From assembly GCF_964194025.1 (NCBI RefSeq), contig NC_134474.1, positions 21,948,001 to 22,012,000 of the forward strand: 64,000 bases of DNA, written 5' to 3'. The DNA is from Convolutriloba macropyga. Its lineage: Eukaryota. The notes below the pieces were generated by a model. That model was not told where the DNA came from, searched no databases, and saw only the letters and a list, made by a program, of their open reading frames with translations. The translations under genes were made by a program, and so were the position numbers. Below, piece after piece: positions 1-12,680 of this stretch (position 1 is the stretch's first letter; the number at the start of each line of letters is the position of its first letter).

Positions 1-135
1 TGTATGTATGTTTTTGTGTATGTATTTGTATGTATGTATGTATGTATGTATGTATGTATGTATATGTAAATGTATGTATGTATGTATAAAAGTATGTATG
101 TATGTTTGTATGTATGTATGCACGTGTGTATGTAT
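1..135. repeat. (TGTA)n tetranucleotide microsatellite
   Basis: Imperfect TGTA/TATG repeats visible directly; they generate the spurious MYVCMY ORF at 70..276. Confidence 0.95.
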
Positions 136-181
136 TCGATCTCTCTGTTTTTACGTGTTCATAATTGTAAGTTTGTGTTAA

Positions 182-253
182 GGCAGGATGGCGCAGGGGA
201 AGCGCGCTGGGCCCATAACCCAGAGGTCGGTAGATCAAAACTATCTCCTGCTC
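182..253 (+). tRNA. Initiator tRNA-Met (CAT) gene or recent pseudogene
   Basis: 72-nt GGCAGGATGGCGCAGGGGAAGCGCGCTGGGCCCATAACCCAGAGGTCGGTAGATCAAAACTATCTCCTGCTC; anticodon arm CTGGG-CCCATAA-CCCAG, iMet-type T-loop ATC-AAAA, acceptor stem GGCAGGA/TCCTGCT, T-run just downstream. Departs from the iMet consensus at G1 (normally A1), T-loop G>A and a C discriminator. Confidence 0.8.
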
Positions 254-552
254 AATCTTTTTACATAAATTTATAGATTTTTTTGTATGCATATGTGTAC
301 CACAGTTGAAATGTTTTACTTAGAAAAACCTGATTGGCTGGGATTGGCTTTATAAACAACTAGAGATCTCTGATGGTTCGTAGGTCTAGTTTGGGTGTGG
401 TTGGTGTAGGTGCGTGGTGTGTGTGTGTTTGGGTGTTTGCGTGTGTGTGTGCATGCATTGTTGTGTATGTTTGTGTTGATTGTAATTGGCTGATGTTTAG
501 CTTAGTGTTTGGGGTGTGGCGGTGAGATGAATGTTGTTGTTTATCACACCAA

Positions 553-950
553 ACGTGTTTCACAACTTCTCTTATTGATTAAAAGTGAAATAGCGTTGAA
601 ATTTTTTGGACCCCATTTTCATAAAATTTCACATTGATTAAAGCCATAAACTTGACAAAAAATTTTTAGACCCCATTTTGCAAAAAATTTTACAAGTTAT
701 TGTCCCCCTATGGGACTAAAATTTCGATTTTCGAAAAAAGTGTTTCCGACAACTTTTTTCACTCACAAAACATGTTTCACATTATTTCACATTGATTAAA
801 GCCAAAAAATCAAGAAAAATTTTTTAGGCGCCATTTTTCAAAAAATTTTATAAGTTATTGTCCCCCGATGGGACAAAAATTTCAATTTTCGAAAAAGGTG
901 TTTCCGACTACTTTTTTACTCACAGAACATGTTTCAAACTAGTTCACATC
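553..950. repeat. Tandem ~160-bp repeat (2 full + 1 partial copy), probably the interior of a non-autonomous DNA element
   Basis: ttcacattgattaaagcc...gttattgtcccc...gtgtttccgac...catgtttca recurs at about 627-785 and 786-945. Confidence 0.8.
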
Positions 951-1018
951 TTTTAGAGACAAAAACAATAAATTTTTGTGAAATACATTTTTTTTCAGAA
1001 AAAAAATAGGAGCTGATC

Positions 1019-1205
1019 AGAACCACAACGGGGGGGGGAGACATTATGTATTAAGATAGGGAATGTAGAAATTGTCCCCCTAGGGGGGCACTTAGGGGGA
1101 CATTTACTGCGAATTTGCGTTAAATGTCCCCTAAGTGTCCCCCCTAGGGGGACAATTTCTGCATTCCCTATCTTAATACATAATGTCCCCCCCCGTTGTG
1201 GTTCT
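1019..1205. mobile_element. Near-perfect ~187-bp palindrome (MITE/foldback-like)
   Basis: Arms AGAACCACAACGGGGG...GGACATTTA / TAAATGTCC...CCCCGTTGTGGTTCT (~87 bp each) around a ~14-nt loop; a diverged arm copy lies at about 1823-1885. No clear TSD. Confidence 0.75.
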
Positions 1206-1208
1206 AGT

Positions 1209-1703
1209 NNNNNNNNNNNNNNNNNNNNNNNNNNNNNNNNNNNNNNNNNNNNNNNNNNNNNNNNNNNNNNNNNNNNNNNNNNNNNNNNNNNNNNNNNNNN
1301 NNNNNNNNNNNNNNNNNNNNNNNNNNNNNNNNNNNNNNNNNNNNNNNNNNNNNNNNNNNNNNNNNNNNNNNNNNNNNNNNNNNNNNNNNNNNNNNNNNNN
1401 NNNNNNNNNNNNNNNNNNNNNNNNNNNNNNNNNNNNNNNNNNNNNNNNNNNNNNNNNNNNNNNNNNNNNNNNNNNNNNNNNNNNNNNNNNNNNNNNNNNN
1501 NNNNNNNNNNNNNNNNNNNNNNNNNNNNNNNNNNNNNNNNNNNNNNNNNNNNNNNNNNNNNNNNNNNNNNNNNNNNNNNNNNNNNNNNNNNNNNNNNNNN
1601 NNNNNNNNNNNNNNNNNNNNNNNNNNNNNNNNNNNNNNNNNNNNNNNNNNNNNNNNNNNNNNNNNNNNNNNNNNNNNNNNNNNNNNNNNNNNNNNNNNNN
1701 NNN
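1209..1703. other. Assembly gap (N run)
   Basis: Run of N. Confidence 1.
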
Positions 1704-3699
1704 AAATAACTTAAATTTTTTTCAAAAACATGAAGGACACTTTTCGCTTTGTGTTAGAAAATGAAGTGTCCCAGCCCGTTGTAATTTGACAGAAAAAACT
1801 GCGTTGCAAAAAATGTCACAAAATTGTCCCCACTAGGGAGACACTTTATGCATTCCAATCTTATTACATATTGTCCCACCCCTGTCAGCTTCTTATACTA
1901 CTGTTGACATGAATTGTATACATATATTTAAGAACGTACACATTCCTGGAGACAAAAAATCTGTTAATAACGAATATTGTGATAAGCAATTTTTATCATC
2001 CAATAATAAGATTGATATTCTTTGTAATTGATATCTAAGGAAAATAGATTGAATAGGTAAAAGACCATTCGAACTTACAACAAACATGAATTGTTCACAC
2101 AATTGGTTAATTAGGGATCAGACAATTGATCAGGTTGCTCACATGACATTAAACAAAAAGGATTCATTTTTTTAAATCAATTATTATAAACACTGTAAAG
2201 CAACTGTTTGGAAAATGCAAGTTTAATCAAACTGAATTAACTTTCAAATTGGTGATGTTTGTGTTGAGAGGGGATTGGGACGTACACATATCGCAATTAA
2301 CAAACTAACAGTTCAAGGTTTAATTGCAGAATTACACAAAGATAAAATAATTGATAACGAGGCACAATAACGAGTGGTGGCGCATTATTGCCTTGATCAC
2401 GAAGATTTAATGAAAGAATGAGAAAATTTTTTTACTATTGGAAACGGAAGAGCCTAGCGCACCACCTTTTACTGAATTTGAACTGATACCTAATTCTAAT
2501 CTATCAAACATAGCTGACCAGTTACTGAAAGAAAAAGTATTAGCTTATAATAATTTTAACACAAAAATTAACAGTATAAAGTATTAAAAATTATTATGAA
2601 TTTGAGACTTTGAATTTTAGTAAAATGGCAGATAAAAGTCATTATAGTAAAATAGAGGAAAAAAAATTGTAACATTTCGGAGATAGCAGAAATGATATCA
2701 GCTACAATTTGAGCAGTAACCTCATTAGTGTTGACTGAAATTAGAATACCACATTCCATTCCAACTGCCTTTCAATTGTCAATAATTGTTAAAACTAAGA
2801 CACCATTAAAAAATATAAAGTAGTCACAGATATATATTCTGTCCAAATAGTTTAGTAAAAATTTTAACCACTTATATAAAAAACCAAAAACAAGAAAATA
2901 TTACGGAAAATTCTATAGATAAAAATATGATGAACAAGTTAAAATTTATGACAAAGCTAAAAAGAAACTGAAATCAAATTTAATTGTTTATTCTAAAATT
3001 TCTGGATATCAAGATGTTTAGTGAAAACCTTTAGTTAGTGTTACAATTACCCCTTAGATTTTGTGTCCTTGTACCTTAGTATAAATCGTTACATTTTTTT
3101 AAATTCTAGACGTTTACCTGTAGTATAAGTTTGATTATGCAGGAGTTGAAGGTAATACTTTTCCAGGATGTTTAAATAAAATTGATATAACAAAATTGCT
3201 TGCTATTTCTAATGCTCACTGCTTTCTTCCGAAAACAATCGCTGCTTTACCTATCTATATTCTTAAAGAAATATTTCAATCATCAGCTTCCATTGTTTCA
3301 TCAGACACAGTCAGTAATTTATTCCTTTTCTTGTTTTACATGTACCTTTAACATCTTGCTTTTGATAGAGTTTGTTTACTCCAACAATAATAGTTTTACC
3401 TGACAATCTTCTGCTACAAACGTAATATGACTTAATTTACACCTTTTAAACTGTGATACTAAATTTTAATGAAATACTCGACAAAAAAGGTGTTAAAACC
3501 ATTTAAGTATAACCCTTTTTGTAAAAATGATTCCTAAAGCAAAACCAGAAATAAAAAGTGAAGGTCAACTTAAAGTTTAACTTATAAAAAACTACAAAAA
3601 TATCAAATATATAAGTTTGCAACTACGTTGATACGTAAAAACTTTTCGAAGGTCAGGAACCTGCTGGGATGAGAAATGGACCTTTCGTCAAATACGCTA

Positions 3700-4560
3700 C
3701 AAAAGATTCAGTTACATTCAATTCACTTGCATCATGAGTTTGTCCATATACATTATTATTTTTAAATGCAATAATTACTTACAGTGGACTTTGCATTCCA
3801 CATTCCATTTCAAGATCAAAAGAGAAGTTAATTGCATAAGATACATTTTATACTTCTCGTTTGATATTTTTGTTCTAATATTCTACATTTAAATGTACAC
3901 ACTAAGATATGTCTCTAATTCTATAATTCCACAATTGGTTACTTCCTTAGCACCAGCATTGACTCTATATACGGCTCTATTTCTACGTTTACCATTTAAT
4001 ATTGAATAAGTCCTTAACTTTATTAGATCGTTTCTAAATCAAAATGAATTCAAATAGATCACTCACCTGAACCATCAAATTCAAATATCCTCCCTTTGCA
4101 GCAACAAAATCTCTTTTAAGTTGATTTCCAACAAAATCTGATGCAATTTTATCATTGATAATTGTAAGTAACTTGTACATCGATAACTCGAAAAGTCAAT
4201 AATAAAAAATTTTCAATTGATTGTCCACCACTAGTTTCAAATCTTGCTCAACTAAATAATGCAAGTAAATCATAGTTTACAAGTTTAATTTTAACATTAT
4301 TAGCTTATATTACAGCAGCATTATCTAATAAAACAAACCCGACTTCAAGATATAGACCGTGTTTCAATCATTCTTTTCTCTTTCAAAACAATTTTAAAAC
4401 TAGTATTAATAGCATCCATTGTTGCCAGCTGATTTTATTTGTTTTTCAGTATCTTACTTTAATATATCATTAATAGAATAAAAAGCTAAATCTCCGATGA
4501 AACCTTTTGTTGTTGGGAAAATGATAGCAACTATGTTGACAGTTTTGTTAACGTTGAAGT
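3700..4560 (-). pseudogene. Polinton-type major capsid protein remnant, copy A (C-terminal part deleted)
   Basis: Colinear with copy B 7620-8500; many stops and frameshifts. Confidence 0.45.
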
Positions 4561-4599
4561 TATTTTTAAATTTGAAGGACAATTAAGAAAGAGTTGAAA

Positions 4600-5250
4600 T
4601 CATTCAAATAAACAAAATTGCTAGCTACACCAAATTTGAACTGAATTGAACTTCGACTTTCATCTTTGACATCGAATTCAATATATTCAATTCTTTAAAT
4701 TGTTAAATTCTGATAAAACATATTGGTCAAAACTTTGGCAATTATTTTGCCTGATGGTTCAAAAGATTAGTACCGTCCAAAGTATATGTTTGTTTACAAA
4801 AATCTTTAATTCCAGATACAATGTTTCACTGAATATTAATTCTCTTGAATCCCAAAATGTCAACTGTTTTATTTGCGGTTCATTTGCTTGTTTTTTTTTT
4901 GTTTGGTAATTCCGCGTAAGTACGCAGGCGAGTTTTTTTCAACAAAATTAATTACACCTTGTTTTACTGCCACTTAACATTTCTTTGTATTTTTATCTAC
5001 ATCTATTATAGTTGCAAAATTTTTCGTGCTTTTATTTCCTCTTCTATTTCTAGATAGTTCACAATTACCAGCTGTTAAATCAAAGATTAAACCATTATAA
5101 AAAGAAGCTTACAAGTATAGGCGACATTAAAAGAAGTATACTAACCTTCATTTCTACCTGTTATTCTTTCTGTCAGTTATCCTTAGCACTGAATAAAAAA
5201 TGATAATCAGCTAAAACCTAAATTTCAAGTAATGAAGTAATGAGTATAGG
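4600..5250 (-). pseudogene. Polinton-type minor capsid (penton-like) remnant, copy A
   Basis: Colinear with copy B 8560-9200 (shared ENSxAYLRG and KxVDI segments). Confidence 0.45.
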
Positions 5251-5329
5251 TTCATTGAACGAAAGCAATATTTTGATCCTATAATTTTAAAACAAAGTGC
5301 ATTGTTATCTTTAGTTTTATATCACTCTT

Positions 5330-5920
5330 TTCTTTAAAGTTCACATAAAAAAATTTGTCTGTCTGTTTTGTTACATAATCGTAACGTTAATTATGTGAGA
5401 TCTTTCCAAATAATTTTAGTTAAAAATTATTACTTTAAAATTTAATAACATTGCAACTACGTGGTTCATCACAAACTTGTATTACATAAACAATGAAAAC
5501 TATAAAAATATTTTCTCTGTAAAGTATGAATTTATTATCTTGCCTTTCAGTGGTGCATCATCATCTATCATTAGAAAGCTTTCGTTGTTATCTAATACTT
5601 TTCTTAGATTCTTTTTGTAGATCTTTAATATCAAAATTATCAATAACATCTGCATCAGCTTGCCATGTTTCACTTTCACAAACAACATCATCATTTTAAT
5701 TAACTGTGAGTCCATACCTGTCTTATTGTTTATTGAATAGTTGTGTTAAGAGCTCTGTTTTGTAACACTCATATGGACCAGGCATCATTCATCTGAAAAA
5801 ACCATGCGAAAAAAATTTCTGTCTTTTTCTTGAAATTTTCAGATGTTTATTTTCAAAACAACTCCATTGAGCCGATTTTGAGATTGTCTATGTTCTTATC
5901 AATGCGATTGACTTTCTCTT
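5330..5920 (-). pseudogene. FtsK/A32-like packaging ATPase remnant (ATPase-1, copy A)
   Basis: Degenerate Walker A GPYECYKTELL near 5750-5785; Walker B FLMIDDD followed by INSYFT in ORF 5500..5715. Confidence 0.65.
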
Positions 5921-7299
5921 AACAAATTCTTTTACGTAGTAGCAATTTTAATACTAAGAACCTACCGCACCACCTTTTACTGATGTTGAACCCAAACTTT
6001 ATTTTAATCTATCAAACATAGCTGAACAGTTAAAAAAAGAACAAATGATAGCTATTAAAAAAATTTACAGTAAAGATAACAGTATAAAGAATAATAGAAG
6101 TTATTATGAAGCTGAGACATTGAATTATAGTAAAAAGATATAGATATTAGATAGTTGTTTTAGATGTAGACGATAGATAGTAAAATAGAGATAGGGACAA
6201 TTTTGTTAATGCGGAGAAAACAGAAATGATATCATCATCAACAGCTACAATTAGAAAACCAACCTCAAAAGTGTTGACTGGAATGAGAATACGAAAATAT
6301 CACTCCAAATGCATTTGATACAGCATTAATTCATCTCTCACTTTCAAAAACTATTAAAACTAGGTCACCAATAAAAAGAGGTACTTGCAGATATAGTCTA
6401 TCCAAACTGTTTAGTGATATGTTTAATCTTTTATAAAAAAAAACAAAAAATGATAATATTGCAAAAAATTTTATGGATGAAAAAAATAGAATGAATTAGT
6501 TAAAGTTTATGACAGAACTCAGAAGAGTCAGAACATAAAATTGATTAATTTTACTTAAATTTTTGAATATCAAGATGTTTGCTGGAAATATTAATAATAT
6601 TACGCTTACCCATTAGATACTTTCTCTTTGTACTTTATTATAAACCTTTACATTGTTGTACAACTTCAATACCCTTCCCTGTAGTCGCACACTGATAACT
6701 GAAGGAGTCGAAGAAAATACTTTTCTTGGATGTTTAGTTGAAATTGATATACCAAGATGAATGGCTCTATATGATGCTTACAGGATTCTTGTCTGCTCTC
6801 TTTCCAAAAACAACGCTGCTTTACCTACTTATATTCTTACAGAATTATTTTAAGACTTGTCTTCAATTTTTGCATCAGCTATTGATTTTTCTCGTTTATT
6901 TTTACATGTACTTTTAACATCTTGCTTTCGTTAGAGTTTGTTCACTCCAAGTATACTAGTTGTACCTGAAATTTTCTCTCTACAAACGCAATATGACCTA
7001 ATTTAAAAATTTTGTAATTGTGGCTTTGTATTATAATAAATTAATTGACAAAAAAGTGGTAAAACCTGTTAAGTATAACCCTTTTGTAAACTAATACCTA
7101 AAACAAAACCAGAATCAAAAATTTTAGGTTAACCTAAAGTTGAACTACAAAAAAGAAGCTATATATTTATTTTACAAAAAATGAGATAAATAATTTTGTA
7201 ACTACGTTGAGACCTCTGATTTTTTCAAAGATCAGGAACCTGTTGGGATTATAAATGGACCTTTTGTCAAATTAGCTGATTAGATTAATCATAATAATA

Positions 7300-8500
7300 C
7301 TATCACTACTAGCACTCATATTTCTTTATAGCTTCAACTAATGCATGGCAAAAAATATTGTTAAAAATGTAGTTTAACTGAAAAGGTTGCAGACCAAAGT
7401 GTTCATTTTGATATCTCAAAGATAATGGATCAAAGATATTTGTGCTGTAACTACTTTTAAAGTTTCTACGATTTATATATGAACTAATGCTATGTGGCAA
7501 TCCATTGTAATCTCTATTAAAGTTAGTAATTTCTCTGAGAGCGCCATTATAATTGATCATTCCAAATTAGCTTTCATTCCATCTTCAGGATAAAACTCAC
7601 TCCCAATCTTACACAAGTTTCAGTTACATTCGTAACATCAAATTCACTTGCATCATGAGGTTGTCCATTTACCTCATTATTTTCAATTTCAACAAAAATT
7701 TATTGTGGTTTTCTATTCCACTTTCATTTCGAAGATCAAAAAAGAAATTAATTGCATTAAGTACATTTTTATACTTCTATTTTATAATATTTTGTTCTAA
7801 TATTCTAATATTGCATGTACACACAAAGATGTGTCTCTATTTCTATTGTTCCATAAATGAAGACTTCACTCGTACCAGCAATAACCATAATTACGGCTAT
7901 ATATTTATTTGTATAGTATAAAATTAGCATAAGTCCTACTCTTTATTAGATCGCTTCTAAATCAATATCGAATTCAAATTGATCACAATGAACCATCAAA
8001 TTCATATGTAGCTCTTTTTGCAGCAATAACTTTTCATTTAAGTTGATTATCTCTAATACTTTGATTTCCAAAAAAATCTGATGCAAATTTACCATCAGTA
8101 ACTGTGATTAAATTGTACATCAATATCTTAAATCGACAATGTAAATTTTTTCAATAATTCTTTCGTCAATAATTTCAAATTTAATTGAACTAACGAATGA
8201 ACGTGAAACATAGATTACAAGTTTAATATCAACATCATTAGCATAAATTCCGCCATCATTTTCTAATAGAGCAATTTCAATTTTAAGATATGAAACGCGT
8301 TTCAATCATTCTTTTGTCTATTAAGAATAATCTTTCTCTATAATAATAAATTACTAGTATCAACAGCACTCATTGTTGCAAGCATTATATTTGTAGTTTA
8401 GTCTCTTACTTTAATATATCATTCATAACAAACAGCTGTATCTCCGTTGAAGTCGTTTTTGTTGGCAAAAATGCCACCACCTTTGTTGACATAGTAGTTA
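7300..8500 (-). pseudogene. Polinton-type double jelly-roll major capsid protein remnant, copy B
   Basis: N-terminal-like SYLKIEIALLENDGGIYANDVDIKLV (ORF 8120..8305) and C-terminal-like YINRRNFKSSY...IFD...LRYQNE...PFQL (ORF 7309..7560); lies downstream of ATPase and minor capsid. Confidence 0.55.
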
Positions 8501-8559
8501 AAGTTGAGGTTAACTTAAAGATTGAAGTACTGTTAAGAGAAAAATTATTCAAATGAAAA

Positions 8560-9200
8560 AAAACGCTAATTTCACAAGATTTGAACTGAATTGGAATTCC
8601 ATTTTCATATTTGTCACTGAATTCATTATAATTAACTTTCTTTTGTTACATTTTGACATCATATTGGTTGAGGGTTTGTCAATTATATTGCCTGATGGTT
8701 CAAGAGATAAGTATCTGTACGATTACAAAAATTTTGAACTGAGATAAAATGTTTCACAGAATTTTAATTGTCTTGATTTCCATAATGTCAACAATTTTAT
8801 TTGCGGTTCAACTGCTTCATTTTTTTGTTTCCTAATTCCGCGTAAGTATGCAAGCGAGTTTTCTACAAAAAAACTAATTACACCTTGTTTCAATTCCACA
8901 TTACAATTCTTGTTGTTTTATTATCTACATCTATTATAGCTGCAAATGTTTTCGCGCATTTATTTCCTTTGTTTTTTCAGATAGTTTAAATTTACCAGCT
9001 GTTAATTCAGAGATTGTACCATCGTAAAGTAAAACTTAAAAGTATAACCAAAACAATTATATCCACATTCATTCCTATATGTAACCTTAACCTGTCAGTT
9101 ACAATTAGCACTGAATAAATACTGATATTCTGAGAAAACCTAAATTTGACGTAATGAGTTTAGATTAATCGAATTAAGTCGTTTTGTTTTGTTTTATAAA
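8560..9200 (-). pseudogene. Polinton-type minor capsid (penton-like) remnant, copy B
   Basis: Minus-strand fragments ELTAGKFKLSE...IDVDNKTT...ENSLAYLRG...KIVDIMEIKTIKI...EPSGNII resemble the polinton single jelly-roll pattern; heavily frameshifted. Confidence 0.5.
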
Positions 9201-9239
9201 TATAAAACAACGTGTATTTTTAATTTTAGTTTTAGATCA

Positions 9240-9960
9240 TTCTTTTCTATGAATTTCAGATAAAAAAATGTTGTCCGTTCGTTTAGTAAGACGATTGTAA
9301 TGTTAGTTCAGTGAGATCTTTTCGAATAACTTTTCGTTTACCATTAATACCTTAACTTTTAACAATTATGCAATTGTGTGGTTCATAACAAACTTAAATT
9401 GCATAATCAAGCAAAACTATACAAAATATTTTTTTCTGACTTAAAAACTCCTTTTAAATAGTATTGAATGATTTACCTTTTTGTTGAAGTAGAATAATCA
9501 GGTTATTGTTGTCTCTAACGTTTTTTCTATCAGATGAAAAATGTTTTCATTGAGTTAAATCACATTAAAGTTTTTGTGTCTACATCTAAAAAAGTATTTA
9601 TTTTTTATCTGGTCTTTTAGAGGTACATCATCAAGTAACATTAGAATGATTTCAGTGTTATCCAATTCTTCTGTTTTAGGTAGATCTTTAATATCATGAT
9701 TACCTTTAAGTTCGGCATCAGCTTGCCATGTTTCGTTTTTATAAATAACATCTTCAAATTGGTTGAATAATGGTCCAATCATATATAATTTATCAAACTC
9801 TAATTGTGGAAGTGGACATCATTCGTCTGAAAATAACTGGGATTCAATTTCTCTCCATCTTTTTGTATTTTTCGGCTGTGTTTTTGCAAGACAACTCCAT
9901 CGAACAGGTTTCGAGATTGTCTAAATCTATGTGTTTGACGTTCTCTTAACAATTTTTTTG
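9240..9960 (-). pseudogene. FtsK/A32-like packaging ATPase remnant (ATPase-1, copy B)
   Basis: ORF 9555..9782 has IILMLLDD (Walker B) and YFFRCRHKNFNVI (RH arginine-finger motif of A32/polinton ATPases). Confidence 0.75.
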
Positions 9961-10210
9961 TTCCATGTAGTAGCAACTCCTTCGATTTACTATGATTCTC
10001 TATCAGATCGTTTTCTTTGATCCGATTCTATATCAAAGCATTCTTTTTGAAAACTGGTGGTGTTTCAATCACAATTATGATATCAAAACAAATTTTATTT
10101 TTCGATCTTTTTCCGGAAACAACAAATACACCATGTCTGCCTTTATTTAAACACAATTTTTAAGTTTACATTTATGTTTGGATTGGGGTCAAGGAAAAAT
10201 GTACGTGTTT

Positions 10211-10236
10211 GCTCTCTCTCTCTCTCTCTCTCTCTT
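10211..10236. repeat. (CT)n microsatellite
   Basis: Seen directly. Confidence 0.9.
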
Positions 10237-10449
10237 AATAATTTCAATTGCTTTTAAACTCATTTTTGTTGATCTATATTTTTTTCACAATCACGTGTGG
10301 CCTTATTCTCTATTTTGCGCTCCATAAAAAAATCGTCCAATGATTAAATAGACAATTTTTTAAACGTTTTTTGGTTTCTTTGTTGTTTTTCTATTAGTCT
10401 TATGTAGAATACATTATACTTACAGATAAATATCGAAATCTGGTTTTAA

Positions 10450-11002
10450 AAATGTTTTAGAGGTTATGATGAAAAAGAACTAAGAGAATTCAAACTTGAA
10501 ACGTCATCATTACACACTCTGATATAGTTCATCAGTGTCAAGCAAGAATGTTTTTACGCAAAAACAATAATAGTTTGATGAAGAAAACAAAAATAAAACT
10601 TGAGAGATTGGGATAGATACGATTGCGGAACTAAAATTATTTTGCGGCATAAGTAATTTTGCGGGATTTGCGCTTGTGTTAGATGACACGGATGATAGAT
10701 TAAATAAAACAATAGTTCAGTATTTTACAGCTGGTAGAAAGTTTACAAATTATTGTTATGTGACAAAAACCAGCACAAATAGATTATATGTCAGGATGAA
10801 ATTTGAAATAAAATATTTTATTCAATATAATGATCCCGCATGTTTGTTAACTTTGTTGCTATATTCGGTTTTAATTGCAAATTTGATTAAAAATTTTTTG
10901 AATTACAAACATGGTATAAAAAGGTACGACTCAAGAGAAGAGTCATTCATTGTTGTTGATAAAACAATGGGTTTTGATTCTAAGGTAGGAGAAAAAAATT
11001 AG
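10450..11002 (+). pseudogene. Second, distinct FtsK/A32-like ATPase remnant (ATPase-2, copy B)
   Basis: LVLDDTDDRLNKTIVQYFTAGR (Walker B plus YFTxGR motif) at the start of ORF 10676..11002; the Walker A is better preserved in the duplicate at 12372. Confidence 0.6.
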
Positions 11003-11019
11003 ATTTCTAGAATTCACAC

Positions 11020-11800
11020 TTTTCTCTGAAGTTTTGTATTTCTGTTTTGTCAGATAATTGTAATGTTAGTTCTATGAGATTTCTCCAAATAACTTAGTTT
11101 ACCATTAATACCTTAACTTTTAATAACATTGCAACTGTGTAGTTCATTACAAACTTATATTAAATATGCAAAAAACGTTACATTTTTTTCTCTGTCTTAA
11201 AAATTGCTCATAAATAGTATTAAAAACTTAACCTCTTTGTTTAAGTAGAAAATAAGGTTATTGTTGTCTCTAACGCTTTCTCTATCAGATGAAAAAAAAG
11301 TTTTCGTTTGGATAAATCCTATTGAAGTTTTCGTGTCTACCTCTAAAAAAGTGTTTATTTATTATCTTGACTTTTAGAGGTACATCATCAAGTAAATTAG
11401 AGCTTTTTCATTGTTCTTCATACTTCTGTTTTATGAAGATCTACAATATCAAGAATACCTATAAGTTCTGCATCAGATTGCCATTTTTCCCTTTTACAAT
11501 TAACATCATTATTTTGATTGACTGTTGTTACAATCATATGTAATATATCAAACTCTAATTGTTGGAAGAATCGATGCTTTAAGACCTCAGATTTAAAACA
11601 TTTACTTGGAACAGACTTCTTCCGACTGAAAAAATCTGGGATTCAATTTCTCTTTTTTCCTTGTAATTTTCAGATATGTATTTGCAAAACAACTCCATTG
11701 AACAGGTTCCGAGGTTGTCTAAATTCTTATCTATGTGTTTGACTTTCTCTCAGCAAATTTCTTGTTCCATGTAGTAGCAAATCCGTTGATTAATTATGTT
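11020..11800 (-). pseudogene. ATPase-1 remnant, copy C
   Basis: Colinear with 9250-9960; degenerate Walker A VPSKCFKSEVL near 11580-11612. Confidence 0.6.
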
Positions 11801-12289
11801 GTTAAGAGCATATTTATTATGAAAACCAATACTAAAGAATCTATGATGATTCTCTATCAGATAGTTTTCTTTGATTTGATCCTATATCAAAAGATTCTTT
11901 AAAAAAAGAGTGGCGGTGTTTCAATTACATAAACATCAAAATAAATACTATTTTTCGGTTTGTCTCTTAAAACAACAAAAACACAATGTCTTTACTTAAA
12001 CCCAAGTTTTAAGTTTCAATTGTGATTTGATTTGGGTCATTAAAAATGTAAGTGTTTGAGCTCTTTTAATATGTTCAATTGCTTTTAAACTTTCCTTGAT
12101 AAACTATATCTTTTTTCACAATTACGTATGGCATCGTTCTCAATTTTTTATTTTCTAGAAAAAACTGTCCCAAGTTTATATAAACAATGTGTTACACTTT
12201 TTGTTTTTCATGTTTCTTTGTTGTTTTTCTATTAGTTTTATGGGGAACATTTTACAATTACAGACCTAATAAATATCAAAATCTGGTTG

Positions 12290-12680
12290 TAAAAATGTTT
12301 TGGAGGTTTTGATGAAAAAGAACTAAAAAAAATTCAAACCGGAAAAGTCATCATTACACCTTCTTTTATATGGCGCATCAGGGTCAAGCAAAGATTATTT
12401 TGTTGCGTAAAATCTGTAAAAGTTTGATAAAGAAAACAAAATTGAATTTTGAGAGATTGGGATAGCTACGACTGCGGAGTTATTAAAATTACTATCCAGT
12501 ATTAGTAATTTTGCATCTTTCTAACGTTAAGGCTCTATTCGGTTTTAAAAACAAATTTGATGAAATATGTTTAAATTACAAACATGGTTTATTAAGGTAG
12601 GACCCAAGAGAAGATTCATTCATTGTTGTTGATAAAATAATGGTTCATGATTCCAAAATAGGAGAAAAAAATAGATGCCT
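12290..12680 (+). pseudogene. ATPase-2 remnant, copy C (internally deleted)
   Basis: SSLHLLLYGASGSSKDYF = degenerate Walker A (GxSGSGKT), GGC codon at 12372; colinear with 10450-11000. Confidence 0.6.

Noticed and set aside
1183-1764. ORFs spanning N runs (also 22080-22413 and 59510-60102)
   Set aside because: Artefacts of assembly gaps.
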